NCBI GenBank assembly: GCA_051294375.1
Contig: CM119266.1
Span: 22,730,638-22,794,637, forward strand
Reading direction: 5' to 3'
From: Paraspadella gotoi
Taxonomy: Eukaryota; Animalia; Chaetognatha
Length of the DNA stretch: 64,000 bases
The position numbers were made by a program, and so were the translations under genes. Of the stretch, positions 63,884 to 64,000 are shown one piece after another. How positions within the stretch are numbered: position 1 is the first letter of the stretch; every line of letters starts with the position of its first letter. The notes under the pieces were generated by a model, which was given only the letters and a program-made list of their open reading frames with translations, searched no databases and was not told where the DNA came from.

Positions 63884-63969
<86 letters not shown>
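63884..63969. repeat. (CT)n microsatellite
   Basis: CT tract at the end of the window. Confidence 0.95.
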
Positions 63970-63973
<4 letters not shown>

Positions 63974-64000
63974 GTCTCTCGCTCTCTGTATTTCTTCTCT

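Overview
This window is non-coding eukaryotic DNA. It is AT-rich, not CpG-depleted, and saturated with (AG/CT)n, (GAC/GTC)n, (GAAA)n and (GATA)n microsatellites; an invertebrate or arthropod-like origin is my inference. I cannot support any protein-coding gene, tRNA, rRNA or CRISPR array. Nearly all supplied ORFs are translations of simple repeats, N-gaps or noisy sequence. The assembly is a draft with 19 N-gaps, six of exactly 25 N. Two blocks (about 10.3-27.4 kb and 40.4-47.9 kb) consist largely of redundant, indel-rich and partly mis-oriented copies of the same loci, as expected from long-read gap filling. Features that look biologically real are: a ~600-bp foldback element, a TA-flanked MITE inserted into a 22-bp minisatellite, a 945-bp non-autonomous Tc1/mariner-type element, a minimal Penelope-type hammerhead ribozyme motif, a LINE-like 3' end and a four-copy dispersed repeat. 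The redundant copies also contain junctions for both orientations of a ~4-kb segment bounded by inverted GAC/GTC tracts, which is a candidate inversion polymorphism. I do not see convincing evidence for a new multi-gene system.
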